Assembly (NCBI GenBank): GCA_951406725.2
Contig: OX597826.1
Location: forward strand, 50,096,001-50,160,000
From: Octopus vulgaris
Lineage: Eukaryota
Direction: 5' to 3'
DNA: 64,000 nt
Part shown: piece by piece, positions 38,155 to 50,698 of the stretch
Layout: each line of letters opens with the position of its first letter
Numbering within the stretch: position 1 is the first letter of the stretch
Made by a program: the position numbers and the translations under genes
The notes under the pieces: generated by a model
Seen by the model: only the letters and a program-made list of their open reading frames with translations
Databases searched by the model: none
What the model was told of the DNA's origin: nothing

Positions 38155-38386
38155 ATTTCTTTATCGCCCACAAGGGGCTAAACACAGAGGGGACAAACAA
38201 GGACAGACAAAGGGATTAAGTCGATTACATCGACCCCAGTGCGTAACAGGTACTTAATTTATCGACCCCGAAAGTATGAAAGGCAAAGTCGACCTCGGCG
38301 GAATTTGAAATCAGAACGTAACGGCAGACGAAATACCGCTAAGCACTTCACCCGGAGTGCTAAAGTTTCTGCCAGCTCGCCGCCTT
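38155..38386 (-). mobile_element. SINE family B, monomeric
   Basis: Reverse-complement match to family B. Confidence 0.88.
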
Positions 38387-38748
38387 ATCTAACATGACTA
38401 CTCGTCTGATAAGTGTACACTTCCGCCCCTCACCAAGCCCCGCACTCAACTCTACACCCCGTCCTTCCTCCTATGTATGCAACATAGTAACCTTATATGA
38501 AAATAAACAGCGTATGACATTGCAGGTAGGACCCAGTTAGAATTTTCTTCAGGTTGAATAGCCCATCCCGTTCAAAAGGTCCCTGAATGAGATTTGTTTA
38601 AGGACGATGAATGAAACACCCATGTCCTCAGAGATGAATTATTCCAACCCCCAAAGAACTCTTCTCAACACATGGTTATGATGCTCCCTCGTTATCCTTA
38701 TTTTCTCTCCATCACAGGTTTTGTAAGAGCGCCTGAAGTCTTGTATGC

Positions 38749-38813
<65 letters not shown>

Positions 38814-38829
38814 GTTGTTGTTGTTGTTA

Positions 38830-38945
38830 TTTTCTTAATACTCACAAAAGATTAAGACTGTTGGAAAAGGAAAAATCCTAACATCGGGCTACAACCAGTA
38901 ACCTTAGATGCCAAGAACCCTCCTCAGTATCCTAGCCGTTCCTTT
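38830..38945 (-). mobile_element. R4/Dong LINE extreme 3' end inserted in (TAA)n
   Basis: Minus strand translates GTARILRRVLGI*, then a short 3' UTR and (AAC)/(AAT)n; (TAA)n on both sides. Confidence 0.8.
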
Positions 38946-38953
38946 TTTCTAGA

Positions 38954-39027
<74 letters not shown>

Positions 39028-39089
39028 GAGTGAGAGAGCAGTTCATGCCATCAAAGTGACACTGAGGTAAAATATACGAAGCCCTATTA

Positions 39090-39151
<62 letters not shown>

Positions 39152-39399
39152 TATGTATCGCAAGACATGGCAAATAAAAGACACCAATGAGCTAACCAGT
39201 CTCTTTGTTCAAGACACCCAGATATGTTCATTTACTCTGGTGTAGAATATGTACCAAATTTTCTGTGACTCACTACGAACGCCAGAACTAGAATCTCTGA
39301 CTTTTCTTCGTAGCTTCACATGTCAATAACAAAGCAGATTGTCGTTCTAAATCGCTTAGTCCTTCTTTCAAGACCAAGAAAGATACCACGTGACCTTTT

Positions 39400-39870
39400 A
39401 CTAGATACGAGTGCTCTCAGCCTCAGACTACATCACTGCCAGAAACTTCTTTAGCCCTAGTTTATTATTATCGTTACTCTACAAAGCTCAGATGAGGTCT
39501 ACAATAGCGTATTGCTCCCACATCTGGAGGCGAGCCAGCGATTGTACACATACACACGAGTCATCCAGAAAAAGAGCTACTCAACTAATTGGCATAGAGT
39601 CACTCACAGATACGCTTCAGTCTCTAACCTTCAGATGTACTTACCGTCTCTCCTCTCTCAGTCTTTTTTTACAGCTGTAATAATGGGTTCTGCTCGTCGG
39701 AGTTGGCCGGTTTCGTTTCTCCCCCACTCAGACATTCCGAATCCACTCCTCTTTCCTCCTCCACCCATCACACTTCCGCCCCTCACCCAAGCCCCGCACT
39801 CAACACTACACCCCGTCCTTCCTCCTCATAACATCGTCCCACTGGAATCTCCTCTCCGCACATGTTTTTT
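39400..39870 (+). mobile_element. CR1-group (Zenon-like) LINE ORF2 C-terminal remnant
   Basis: LYKAQMRSTIAYCSHIW..A...KRATQLIG..LT.TLQSL / G.CSSEL motifs; a small second piece lies at about 38415-38472. Confidence 0.75.
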
Positions 39871-41412
39871 CTCGCAGTACCGGAACACACCGCCAGGAAT
39901 TTTATCCGATGCTCTAGCGATTCTGCTAGGTTTACATAAAATATTCCGCAACAACAACAACAACAACAACATCATCATCATCAACAACAACAACAACAAT
40001 GACAACAGCAACAATAAGAGAACCACCACCACCAGCAGCAGCAATCCTGCGGATCCTGGTAATGTATCAATAAATTAATGTTTTGTTTCGTCAGTTTCGA
40101 TGTGGGGCGTAAGTGTCTATGGATGTGGATCTTTGTCAATTTATTTTTATTGTATGTAATAACCTGATAGGTTAGAGTGATTAAATTTAAGTAGCGATCT
40201 GTTAGTTTGAACTCGGCATCGACAACTTGCCAGCCAGCCTGAAGACCGACCGACCTCTAAACACCGAAGTCGAATTTATTCGGTCGAAAATTAAATTCGA
40301 TTCGATTCACTTCACTTCACCGAGCGTTTCTAATGGTTCAGGTTAAATAATTAAATGAAACCTTGCATAAATTATAATAATTAACACCATTAAGATATCC
40401 ATTTTCGCCATTAACTCATTCATTCTAAAATTCATTCATTTCACCTCTATAGAAATTATTCAAAACTTCACAACATAACAACCTTGCTTTGTATTAGTTG
40501 CATTTAATAATATTTTTTTTCAATTTCAATTTTTTTTTTTTATCTTTTTTTGTTTTTCCTTTTCTTTATTTAAATCTCAACAAACCAATGACACGTGATT
40601 GTCAATAAAATTCACATTTGTTCAAGAGAGAACGACGCCATTTTTATCGGAATTACTTGGGAAATTATATCAAATTCCTGTTATATTTCCATAGTCGTAT
40701 TTCCTAAAGTGAAATGGCATCGCTTAACGTGATAAAGCTGTTCCCGATTTCCGTTATTTGGTTCCTGATTCCTCACCAGAAACGAAATTTCTCCAGTTGC
40801 TGATTTCACTGGAATAAATGTGGTCATTCCAAAGATGTCGGGAGCAGAAGAATTTATGATGATTTTGGGGGAAATCTTCAAATGAAAGCATATGGTCATT
40901 GAAAAGAAGTGGGGAGTCAGAAACTAAAGGATTTCTTATTCTAAAGAAATCTGTAAAAGACAAAGAGCTAAGTGGTTAGATAGATTTTGAGTTCGACACG
41001 ACAATACATTTTTCCTTAACTATTTAAGACCTTGTTCAACTAGATACCTTAAATACCAGTTAGAATCTTCTGGAAATTTTACCTACAATAAATCTGGCGT
41101 TCAAGCCAAATTTATCTCATGTCTTCTTGACAATCTAGTAATAGTCAACTGAGACCGTACTGCCTCAGGTGGCAAAAATGAGTACTACCAGCTATTCCAA
41201 GGACCAGCCTTGTCACAATGTGTGTCATTCGCGGTTTCAGGAGAATAAGGAACTATACAATGGTGGTCATTCTAAGGAAATAATTAAAGAAATTGGTCGA
41301 GAGTACTTTACATTATACTAAATTACTAAATCAGTGAATGGTTTAACTGCAAACGTTTAGTGTTCTCTCCAGATATCATGAATCTGGCATGTACGAGATA
41401 GGATATACTTCG

Positions 41413-41443
41413 CTGTGGAGGCCTGTTAAGATCGAAACATGTA
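41413..41443 (+). ncRNA. Degenerate minimal hammerhead motif
   Basis: CTGTGGA-GGCC(TGTTAA)GATC-GAAA-CATG-TA; palindromic tetraloop; one core and one stem II mismatch. Confidence 0.4.
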
Positions 41444-41502
41444 CTGCGGTGCGACAATAATTTTTCCACCCCAGTTACAGTTTTGTTTCTTTATAAATGA
41501 CG

Positions 41503-41655
41503 TAGCTGTGTCGTAAGAAGCTTGCTTCCCAACCACATGGTTCTGAGTTTAGTCCCAATGTGTGGCACCTTGAGCAAGTGTCTTCTACTATAGCCTCATA
41601 CTGACCAATGACTTGTGAGTGGATTTAGTAGACGGAAACTGAAAGAAGCCCGTCG

Positions 41656-41729
<74 letters not shown>

Positions 41730-41770
41730 TGTGTGTCTGTGCTTCTCCCCACCATCGCTTAACAACCGAT
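41503..41770 (+). mobile_element. SINE family A, 3'-truncated
   Basis: Head and microsatellite present. Confidence 0.8.
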
Positions 41771-41798
41771 GATGCACACACATACACACATATCTATC

Positions 41799-41840
<42 letters not shown>

Positions 41841-41947
41841 TATTATATCTATGGCGGTGCCCCAGCATACAGCTCATAAGCTACTAGAATCAATCAATCA
41901 ATCAATCATATATATATACATATATATATACATATATATATATATAC

Positions 41948-41985
<38 letters not shown>

Positions 41986-42724
41986 GCATACATGCATACA
42001 AATATATATATATCATGTATGTATATATGTATGTACGTTTGTATGTATGTATATAAGTATGTATACATGTATGTAGATATGCATATATACATATATGCAT
42101 GTGTTCGTATGAGGAAGCCATAAATAATTTTGAGGCGCCAATACTGACAGACAGTTCCAACAGAACACAATCAAAAACATCGTCTTTGGAAAGACTCACT
42201 ACATCAGTATAAATCCTTATCAAGCTACCCTACTCTCGGCTGTCAACATACATTTAGTTCCAAACTCAAAGCCTTGCTCTTTCTTCCTCTCTCTCTCCCT
42301 CATTAATATAGCTGCCCTCCTTGACAATTTCATTATCTCTGCTCTAATAAATAATTGTTTATGATTTAGTTATGAGTCTAACAATTGTGATGGGAGGACG
42401 TTAGTCGTGTCAGTCCATACTTTCAACCCCAGTATTTGCTTCCTACTTGATTCTATTGACTCCGAAAGGAGGAAAGCAAAGTTGAACTCGGCGGAATTTG
42501 AACTCAAAGATTGTAAAGGGCTGGGAGAAATACAGCAAAGTACTGTGTCCAGCGCTCTAACTATTCTGCTGTCACCACGCCTTTATTTTCTAATAAATAG
42601 GAACCAAACTCTAATAAATATTGGGCTCTGATTTAGGCACAAGGCTAAAAGTATTGAGGGGAGGGGCTAGTTGATAACATCGCCCCTAGTTCTTGACTGA
42701 AACAATATTTTATCTATGCCTGCG

Positions 42725-43150
42725 TCTGCCGTTACGTTCTGAGTTCAAATTCCTCCGAGGTCGACTTTGCCTTTCATCCTTTCGCGGTCGATTAAATAAG
42801 TACCTATTTCTTTATTACCCACAAGGGGCTAAACATAGAGGGGACAAACAAGGACAGACATAGGTATTAAGTCGATTATATCGACCCTCAGTACGTAACT
42901 GGTACTTAATTTATCGACCCCGAAAGGATGAAAGGCAAAGTCGACCCCGGCGGAATTTGAACTCACAACGTAACGACAGACGAAATACGGCTACGCATTT
43001 CGCCCGACGTGCTAACGTTTCTGCCAGCTCGCCGCCTTATCGATTAAATAAGTACCATTTACGCACTGGAGTCGGTGTACTCGACTTAATCCCTTTGTCT
43101 GCCTTTGTTTGTCCCCTCTATGTTTAGCCCCCTATGGGCAATAAAGAAAT
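42725..43150 (+). mobile_element. SINE family B host interrupted by an antisense family B copy
   Basis: Inner copy 42805-43039 (-) flanked by TSD TCGATTAAATAAGTACC. Confidence 0.9.
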
Positions 43151-43411
43151 AAATATTTTTTTCGATGCCGGCCCTCAGTGGGATATGAACTCAGAATGTA
43201 AAGAGCCGCAATAAATACCACAAGGCTTTATACCCGACGCTCTAACGAGAATCCAAACTGTAATGGGGTTCCTCTTTCTTTGAATCAAGACAGATCCAAG
43301 ATTGCGTTAGAACATGTAAGTGCGAGTTAATATGCTCAATTGTAGATGTATGTGTGAATATACTTGCACTTAAGTTATGAGTACGCAATACTATTTAGTA
43401 CACGAAGTGAA

Positions 43412-43695
43412 AGACACGTGGCTTAGTGGTAAGGGTATATTTGTGAGTTCGATACCTAGTGGAGTGTTGTGACCTTGAGCAAGACAATTTATTTCACATT
43501 ACTCCAGACCACTCAGGTGGCAAAAATGAGTACTCCCTGCTATTCCAAAGACCACCAACCTGAATCTTTCCGAGGGCTATATTATGGGTACTCGTGCCTG
43601 TGGAATACTCAACCACTTGCACGTTAATTTCCCGAGCAGGTTGTTTCGATGATCAGAATAAATAGGAATCCTCGTCGTTGTAACCGACGGAGTGC

Positions 43696-43698
<3 letters not shown>
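43412..43698 (+). mobile_element. SINE family C with CTCGTCGTTGTAACCGACGGAGTGCCA tail
   Basis: Colinear with 63355-63671 and 52229-52430. Confidence 0.8.
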
Positions 43699-43741
<43 letters not shown>

Positions 43742-43994
43742 CGTGTGTGTGTGTGCGTGTGTGTGTGTAAGAGAGAGAGAGATTATTTCTATGCATAAGT
43801 GTGTATGTCGTATGCACGTATGTTATTGTGCATGCATATACTTATTCTAGGAAAGTCCAATAGAGAGTCTTTATTTTGTCTTATAAATCTTTATTTTTGA
43901 AGGAAGAGTCTCTGTTTGCTTTGATGTTCTATCTATAAAAATGTTGCATGTGTGTGTGCATGTATGTAGTAAGTGTGTGTGTGTATATATATAT

Positions 43995-44032
<38 letters not shown>

Positions 44033-44046
44033 TAAATATATACATA

Positions 44047-44116
<70 letters not shown>

Positions 44117-44121
<5 letters not shown>

Positions 44122-44345
44122 ACAATTTAATAAATAAAACATATATATGCATATATACATACATATATGTATATATACATGCATATATGAGTGCAGGACA
44201 CCACAAATAAACGTAGAACACAACGAGAAACGAAAACAAAATCAAACAAGGAAACGGACTTTTTTTAACAAAGAAAAAACAGAGTACAGGACAATGCAAG
44301 GAAAATTCCCTTTCATCAGCTGCCCCTGTTTCGACTCAATGCGTG

Positions 44346-44348
<3 letters not shown>
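44117..44348 (-). mobile_element. TACAGGAC-family element
   Basis: Second copy of 10120-10362, between (TA)n and (CA)n. Confidence 0.65.
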
Positions 44349-44390
<42 letters not shown>

Positions 44391-45051
44391 GAGAAAGATC
44401 CCTTCGTTTTGGGATCACCACTACTAAATTGTCACCCCTTTCTTCCTAGCCCTCCTATGTGACCCCTCTATCCGACATTCGCCACGATAGATCGCTAGCC
44501 ACTACACATTCTTTATTTTCTCTCCTTGTTTCTTTCTGTGTTCCTTTCTGTGTTCATAACTATTTCGGGAACCTTTTGATACAACCTCGTAGTATCCAAA
44601 ATATATTCTCTCGTAGTAGGCAACGATGTAACTAATGTTTTCATTTTTTGATTGCACAGAACTTGCCTCTGTTTTCTGCTAATATTTTCTGTCTTTTGGG
44701 TAGAAGGTATATGGCGGATATCTCTTGCTCCTTGATTGTCCGTGTTATGGAGTTCTAGGAGTAGGGTGGAATATAAACATCATTATATCTAGTCTAATAT
44801 GCCTATGTATGTATGTATGTATGTATGTATGTATGTATGTATGTATGTGTATGTATGTATGTGTGTGTATGTGTGTATGTGCGTTTGTGTGTGTGTGTGC
44901 GTGCGCTTTGGGTGTCTGGGTTTGTGCGAGGGTGTGTATTTATGCCTGCAGGTACGCTTATTCGTATGTATAAAAGTGTGTATAAATATATGGACGTACA
45001 CATTCATGCATTTATATATGTATACGTGTATACATGTATGCATACATGTGT

Positions 45052-45756
45052 CGGATCATTCTCAGTGTTACTGGAAACAGGTACTCGTAACCCAGTACAA
45101 CTTGTCACATAGTCAGGTCGCCAGAGACTAATCCGGCAACCCTACCAAGCCTGCTTGGTGATATGGGTGCTTCATGCTAGACAACCTACAGGACGAAAAT
45201 CAAAACCTGTCAACTCAGTGGAGTTAACAGCCTTACAACCGCAGGGAGTGAGCTATCCTTAGGCTTTGTTTAAACATTTCTCTTGGAGAAAAAGATCTGA
45301 TGTAACATCTACGACTTCGTTTGCATCCAGTAATGTACAAGAATTCTTTTGGGACAAATGAATACGTTGTTTAGAGATAAGGTTGGCCTTGTGTAAGGCC
45401 CCTCATCACTTCAAAAAGCTTCAGGCACAGACATCGCTTGATTTTTTTTTTATATTTCTGTTACATATTGCTTACAGTGGCTGGCCGTAGCTGAGAGGGG
45501 CAAAACATTCAATTAGAATAACATGAAAATAACATGATGGAATGAAGGTAGGTGTCGGCGCGGGGTGTAGGCTCTCTGAACACCTGTTGCAAGAGGTGCC
45601 CATCGTTAGTACGTCTGTGTAAACGATTGTAGAACCCAAGCATGATAAAAAAATGCATCTGTGCTGATTTAAGAGAACAATCAAGAGGTGACTTGGCTCC
45701 AAAAGGAGATACTGTCGTTATACATACGTTATACGTTATACATGCGTTATACGTTA
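45052..45756 (+). mobile_element. Probable internally deleted retroelement (structured 5' end, (TTATACG)n-like tail; RTE-like)
   Basis: 5' part matches 55298-55402; 3' end GGTGACTTGGCTCCAAAAGGAGATACTGTCG followed by TTATACG repeats; clade assignment tentative. Confidence 0.4.
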
Positions 45757-45764
45757 TATATATA

Positions 45765-45970
45765 GTTAATCCAAACAAGAAAGCACAAAAAAACACAACA
45801 ACGCGAGGACGTGGAACAAATATAGTATTATTGGACGCTCAAGAAAGAAGGAAAGAAGGAGGGTTTAACGTTTCGAGCGGAGCTCTTCGTCGGAAACATA
45901 GGAGAAGGAAAGATCCAGAGAAGGGAAGACAGAGGAAAAAAAATCGCCAACGGTACACACGAGGTCACAT
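45765..45970 (-). mobile_element. About 205-bp HHR-bearing element, subfamily 2
   Basis: Near-identical to 53175-53381; abuts (TA)n. Confidence 0.8.
45863..45897 (-). ncRNA. Minimal hammerhead motif, CCGA core variant
   Basis: GTTT-CCGACGA-A-GAGC(TCC)GCTC-GAAAC-GTT-AAAC. Confidence 0.65.
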
Positions 45971-46727
45971 TTTGAAAATGTATATATATATATATGAATG
46001 TATGTACGTGTATGCATGCATACATGTATATATGTATGCGTGCGGGCTTGTGTGGGCACATGTAAATATAAGTGTGTTCATAATGTGTATGAGTATGCAT
46101 GAATATAGGTATGCATGAACAAATGCGGGAATATATGTGTGTATGTATGTATGTATGTGTGTGTGTATGTATGTATGTATGTATGTATGCATTATGAATG
46201 TATGTATGTATGTATGTATGTATGTGTGTGTATGTATGTATGTATGTATGTATGTATGTATGTATGTGTGTGTCTGTCTGTCTGACTGTCTGTCTGTATG
46301 TATGTATGAATGTATGTATGTATGTATGTATGTATGTATGTATGTATGTATGTATGTGTGTATGTATGTATGTATGTATGTATGTATGTATGGATTTATG
46401 TATGCATGCATGTATGTATGTATGCATGCATGCATTTATGCGTGCATGCTTGTAGTTTGTTGCTGAAAGGTTTTCAGAGAAGATTAAATGGGCTGGAATG
46501 AATTCTTCAGATTTCCAAAACTGTTTTGAATTAACCGCAAAATGATAACTGGAGGGACGCACTTCACTTTTAAAACTGAATTTGTCAAACAAAGCAATTC
46601 GATTTATACACATATATGTATGTGTATATTTGCAATGCTTCAAGAAACACACATGCAGAAGGGCAAAAACGTGCGCGCGCACACACACACGTGTGTTGTG
46701 TGTTGTGTTTGTACATGAGCAAGTATG

Positions 46728-46799
<72 letters not shown>

Positions 46800-46842
46800 T
46801 GTATATATAAATATATATATATATGTATGTATATATATAGAC

Positions 46843-46940
<98 letters not shown>

Positions 46941-47024
46941 TATGTATGCATACATACATAGTGTAGGTATGTATATTTACGGGATCGTCAATATATCTAC
47001 TACGCTTCTTTTAATTCCATTCCA

Positions 47025-47089
<65 letters not shown>

Positions 47090-47413
47090 TTATTAATTGT
47101 TGTTGTTGTCCTTGTGTATTATTTGTTTCATTTATTTTCTTCCTCAACAATTTGCTAGTGAAGGCTAAGTTTGGTTCTTTTTTCTCTCTTTATTTCTTTG
47201 TTTTTGTTACTTCAGTCACACACTAATTAATATTTTCCTTTATTCCAGCTTTTCCTTTTTCCTTTTTCCTTTTTCCTTCTATTATTTTTCCAGAAACAAT
47301 ACTAAAATAGAAACATTTCCAAAACTTACACACATACACACACACGCACACGTATTTATGAGTGAGTATGTATACATATATGTATATGTGTGTATATTTA
47401 TATGTGTGTATGC

Positions 47414-47542
<129 letters not shown>

Positions 47543-47733
47543 GTATATATATATATACATATGTGCATATTATATATTTATATATATATGCATAGTATAT
47601 ATATATGTATATAATATACATGTATATTTACATATATATATATATATATATATATGCATGTATATTATATTTATATAGATATATATGTGTATGTATATAT
47701 TTATCTGTATAAATGCGTGTGTATAAGTGTATG

Positions 47734-47800
<67 letters not shown>

Positions 47801-48229
47801 TAATATGCATATATATAAATGTGTGTTCATGTGCATTTATGTATGTATGTATACATATATGTGTATATATACATACATACACATATATATACATACATAT
47901 ATATATATATATATATACATACATATTTATATATATACATACATACACATATATATGTATGTATACATATGTATGTGTGTATGCGTGCATATATGTACAT
48001 ATGAATCTTAAGATGTGTGTATACACATAAGATACAATGAAGTGGTGGGGAGGCGACAGAGTGGAAGAAATGAAGAATGAAATCTTGCAACTTTGTCCAA
48101 ATTGATCTTGTTACTTCAATTTCCGTTGAACTATTTCTGACTTCCGTCACAATCTACGACTGTATGGGGGAGGAGGAACTCATATTACACAACCAGAGTG
48201 GTATTGGTGCTAGTGCTGGGTTAGGTTTG

Positions 48230-49045
48230 ATGGAGGAGGTGGTGGTGCTGGTGGTACTGGTGGTGGTGATGGTGGTAGTGACGGTGATGGTGGTGGTGAT
48301 CGTGGTGGTGATTGTGGTGGTGATAGTGGTGGTTGCGGCGGCGGTAGTGGTGGTGGTGGTGGTGGTGGTGGTGGTGGTGGTGGTGGTGGTGGTGGTATTT
48401 GTGAAGAGTTCTGGTGTCTGTGATGGCGTGTTGCTGTTGTGGTAATGTTTGTGGTATTGACAGTGGTGGAGATAAGCTGTGGTGATGGTGCTAGTGTCTC
48501 TCGTTGTGTTGGTGGTGGTGGTGATTGTGGTGGTGGTGGTGATTGTGATGGTGATTTTGGTGGTGGTGATTGTGGTGGTGGTGGTGGTAGTGTCTCTCGT
48601 TCTGTTGGTTGTGGTGGTGGTGATTGTGGTGGTGATTTTGGTGGTGGTGATTGTGGTGGTGGTGGTAGTGTCTCTCGTTCTGTTGTTTGTAGTGGTGGTG
48701 GTGGTGATGGAGGTGATGATGGTGGTAGTGGTGGTGGTGGTGGTGGTGGTGGTGACGTTGGTGACGTTGGTTACGACGGAAGCGATGACGGTGATATCAA
48801 TAGGACTGGCAGGGGGTGATGATGGTAGCAGTGGTAGTGGTGGTGGTGGTGGTGGTAAGGATGGAAGTGACTGTAGAGGTGTTGTTAGAAGTGGTGGTTA
48901 TGGCATACAGATATCTGTGGTGGCGATGGCGGTGTCGGTGTCAGGAAAATGTCTGTAAGTGGTGGTGGCGGTGATGGTGGTGGTGGTGTTGGTGGTGGTG
49001 GTGATGGTGGTGGTGGTGGTGGTGGTGGTAGTGGTGGTAGTTGGT
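48230..49045. repeat. (GGT)n-rich low-complexity tract with a higher-order GGTAGTGTCTCTCGTT unit
   Basis: Poly-V/poly-G ORFs; GTGTCTCTCGTT recurs three times. Confidence 0.85.
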
Positions 49046-49678
49046 AGTTGTCGTTGAGCTCGTGGCGGTTGTACTGTTCTCTGTTGGGGTGTGTATGTGG
49101 GTGTGCAGGTGTGTGTGTGGATGTGTGGGAGGTATGGGATGCGTGTGGGGGTGTGGGGTTGCGTGCGTGGGTGTGCGCATGCGCGTGCTGCAGCTACAGT
49201 CCTTCAAGATTTTTTTCTCTTTTATTGCTGGAGATGAGATAAATGATGGCAAACATGAACAAAACATTTTTTTAAAAAATAGAAAGAAACTGAATTGTTT
49301 CAGAATAATGGTTCTTAAAGTTCCATTGTTCGATGGAGTGCTCAAAAGTTCCTAGCTTTTGGTAGAAGAAAATACAGGAGGATCAGTTAATTACGATTTT
49401 GTTCAACATATACCACTCTTAGATTCACACACTTATCGCGGCGGTCTCTTTTTTTCTTTTTTACTATTTTACTTGTTTCAGTCATTTGTCTGTGGCCATG
49501 CTGGAGCACCGCCTTTAGTTGAGCAACTCCACCCCAGGAACTTATTCTTTGTAAGCCTAGTACTTATTCTATCGGTGTCTTTTGCTGAACCGCCGCTAAG
49601 TTACGGGGACGTTAACACACTAGCATCGGTTGGCAAGCGATGTTGGGGGAACAAACAAAGACACACAAATTCACACAC

Positions 49679-49760
<82 letters not shown>

Positions 49761-49762
<2 letters not shown>

Positions 49763-49974
49763 GTGATCTCTTGAGCACCACCAGCTCAAATATTTTCTCC
49801 TCTGTCTTCCCTCCTTGGGATCTTTCCTTCTCCTTGTTTCCGACGAAGAGCTCCGCTCGAAACGTTAAACCCTCCTTCCCTTCTTTCCTGAGTGTCAATA
49901 ATACTTTAATTATTCCACGTCCTGCGTTGCTGTGTTTTTTTCTCTTTTTTTTCTGTGTTTTCTTGTTTGGATTA

Positions 49975-49976
<2 letters not shown>
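49761..49976 (+). mobile_element. HHR-bearing element, subfamily 2
   Basis: Homologous to the 45765 and 53175 copies; (TA)n on both sides. Confidence 0.8.
49836..49870 (+). ncRNA. Minimal hammerhead motif, CCGA core variant
   Basis: GTTT-CCGACGA-A-GAGC(TCC)GCTC-GAAAC-GTT-AAAC, identical to 45863-45897. Confidence 0.65.
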
Positions 49977-50020
<44 letters not shown>

Positions 50021-50024
<4 letters not shown>

Positions 50025-50480
50025 AAATAAGAAAATGGAGAAATACATCTAAATCAAATATCAATTACCAGATAATAAATCACATACTTTATTAAACCAC
50101 CACATAAGAAACTATAGGGTTAAACACAAAAAAGTAGAGCAAACCAGTGTACATAAAGGAGTATACATAAAAAAGTGTACATAAAAGAGTAATGTTATAC
50201 AATAAGTAGAATATATATAAGAGAATATAAATATAAGTAAATATAAATATAAATATAGATTACATCTTACAGCTGTTTCGGCCATGTAGATAAGTATGTC
50301 TCATTTTACTCATATTAGCCTTTTATGGTAGGTCAATATGTAGTTATAAATGAGACATTTACAAAAATATCATAAGGCCTCATAGTTTCTTATATGGTGG
50401 TTTAATAAAGTATGTGATTGAGTATTATCTGGTAATTGATATTTGATTTAGATGTATTTCTCCATTTTCTTATTTTGTAT
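50021..50480 (-). mobile_element. Fold-back Penelope-like element (~95-bp inverted arms) with a long-stem-II HHR-like motif
   Basis: Arms 50021-50115 and 50382-50480; minus strand CTATGA-GGCC...GGCC-GAAA-CAGCTG-TA. Confidence 0.7.
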
Positions 50481-50649
50481 TATGAATTTGTGGTAAAACA
50501 TTTTACCTTTGCCCATATAATACAGTAAATGAATTGATTGCATCGCAATCCTTAACATTTATGTATTAACCTTGTTGGGTACTTCACTAGCAGTATATTG
50601 GATATATGTTATCCCATGGAGGGTTGCATTTACAACCCCTATCTCAATT

Positions 50650-50698
<49 letters not shown>

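Noticed and set aside
38905-38945. Twister-like GGATA..GAGGAGGGTT on the minus strand
   Set aside because: No GGTCCCAAGCCC loop; better explained as coding GTARILRRVL of an R4/Dong ORF end.
48077-48958. Gly-rich or Val-rich ORFs resembling structural proteins
   Set aside because: (GGT)n low complexity open in several frames, with no supported splice or start context.
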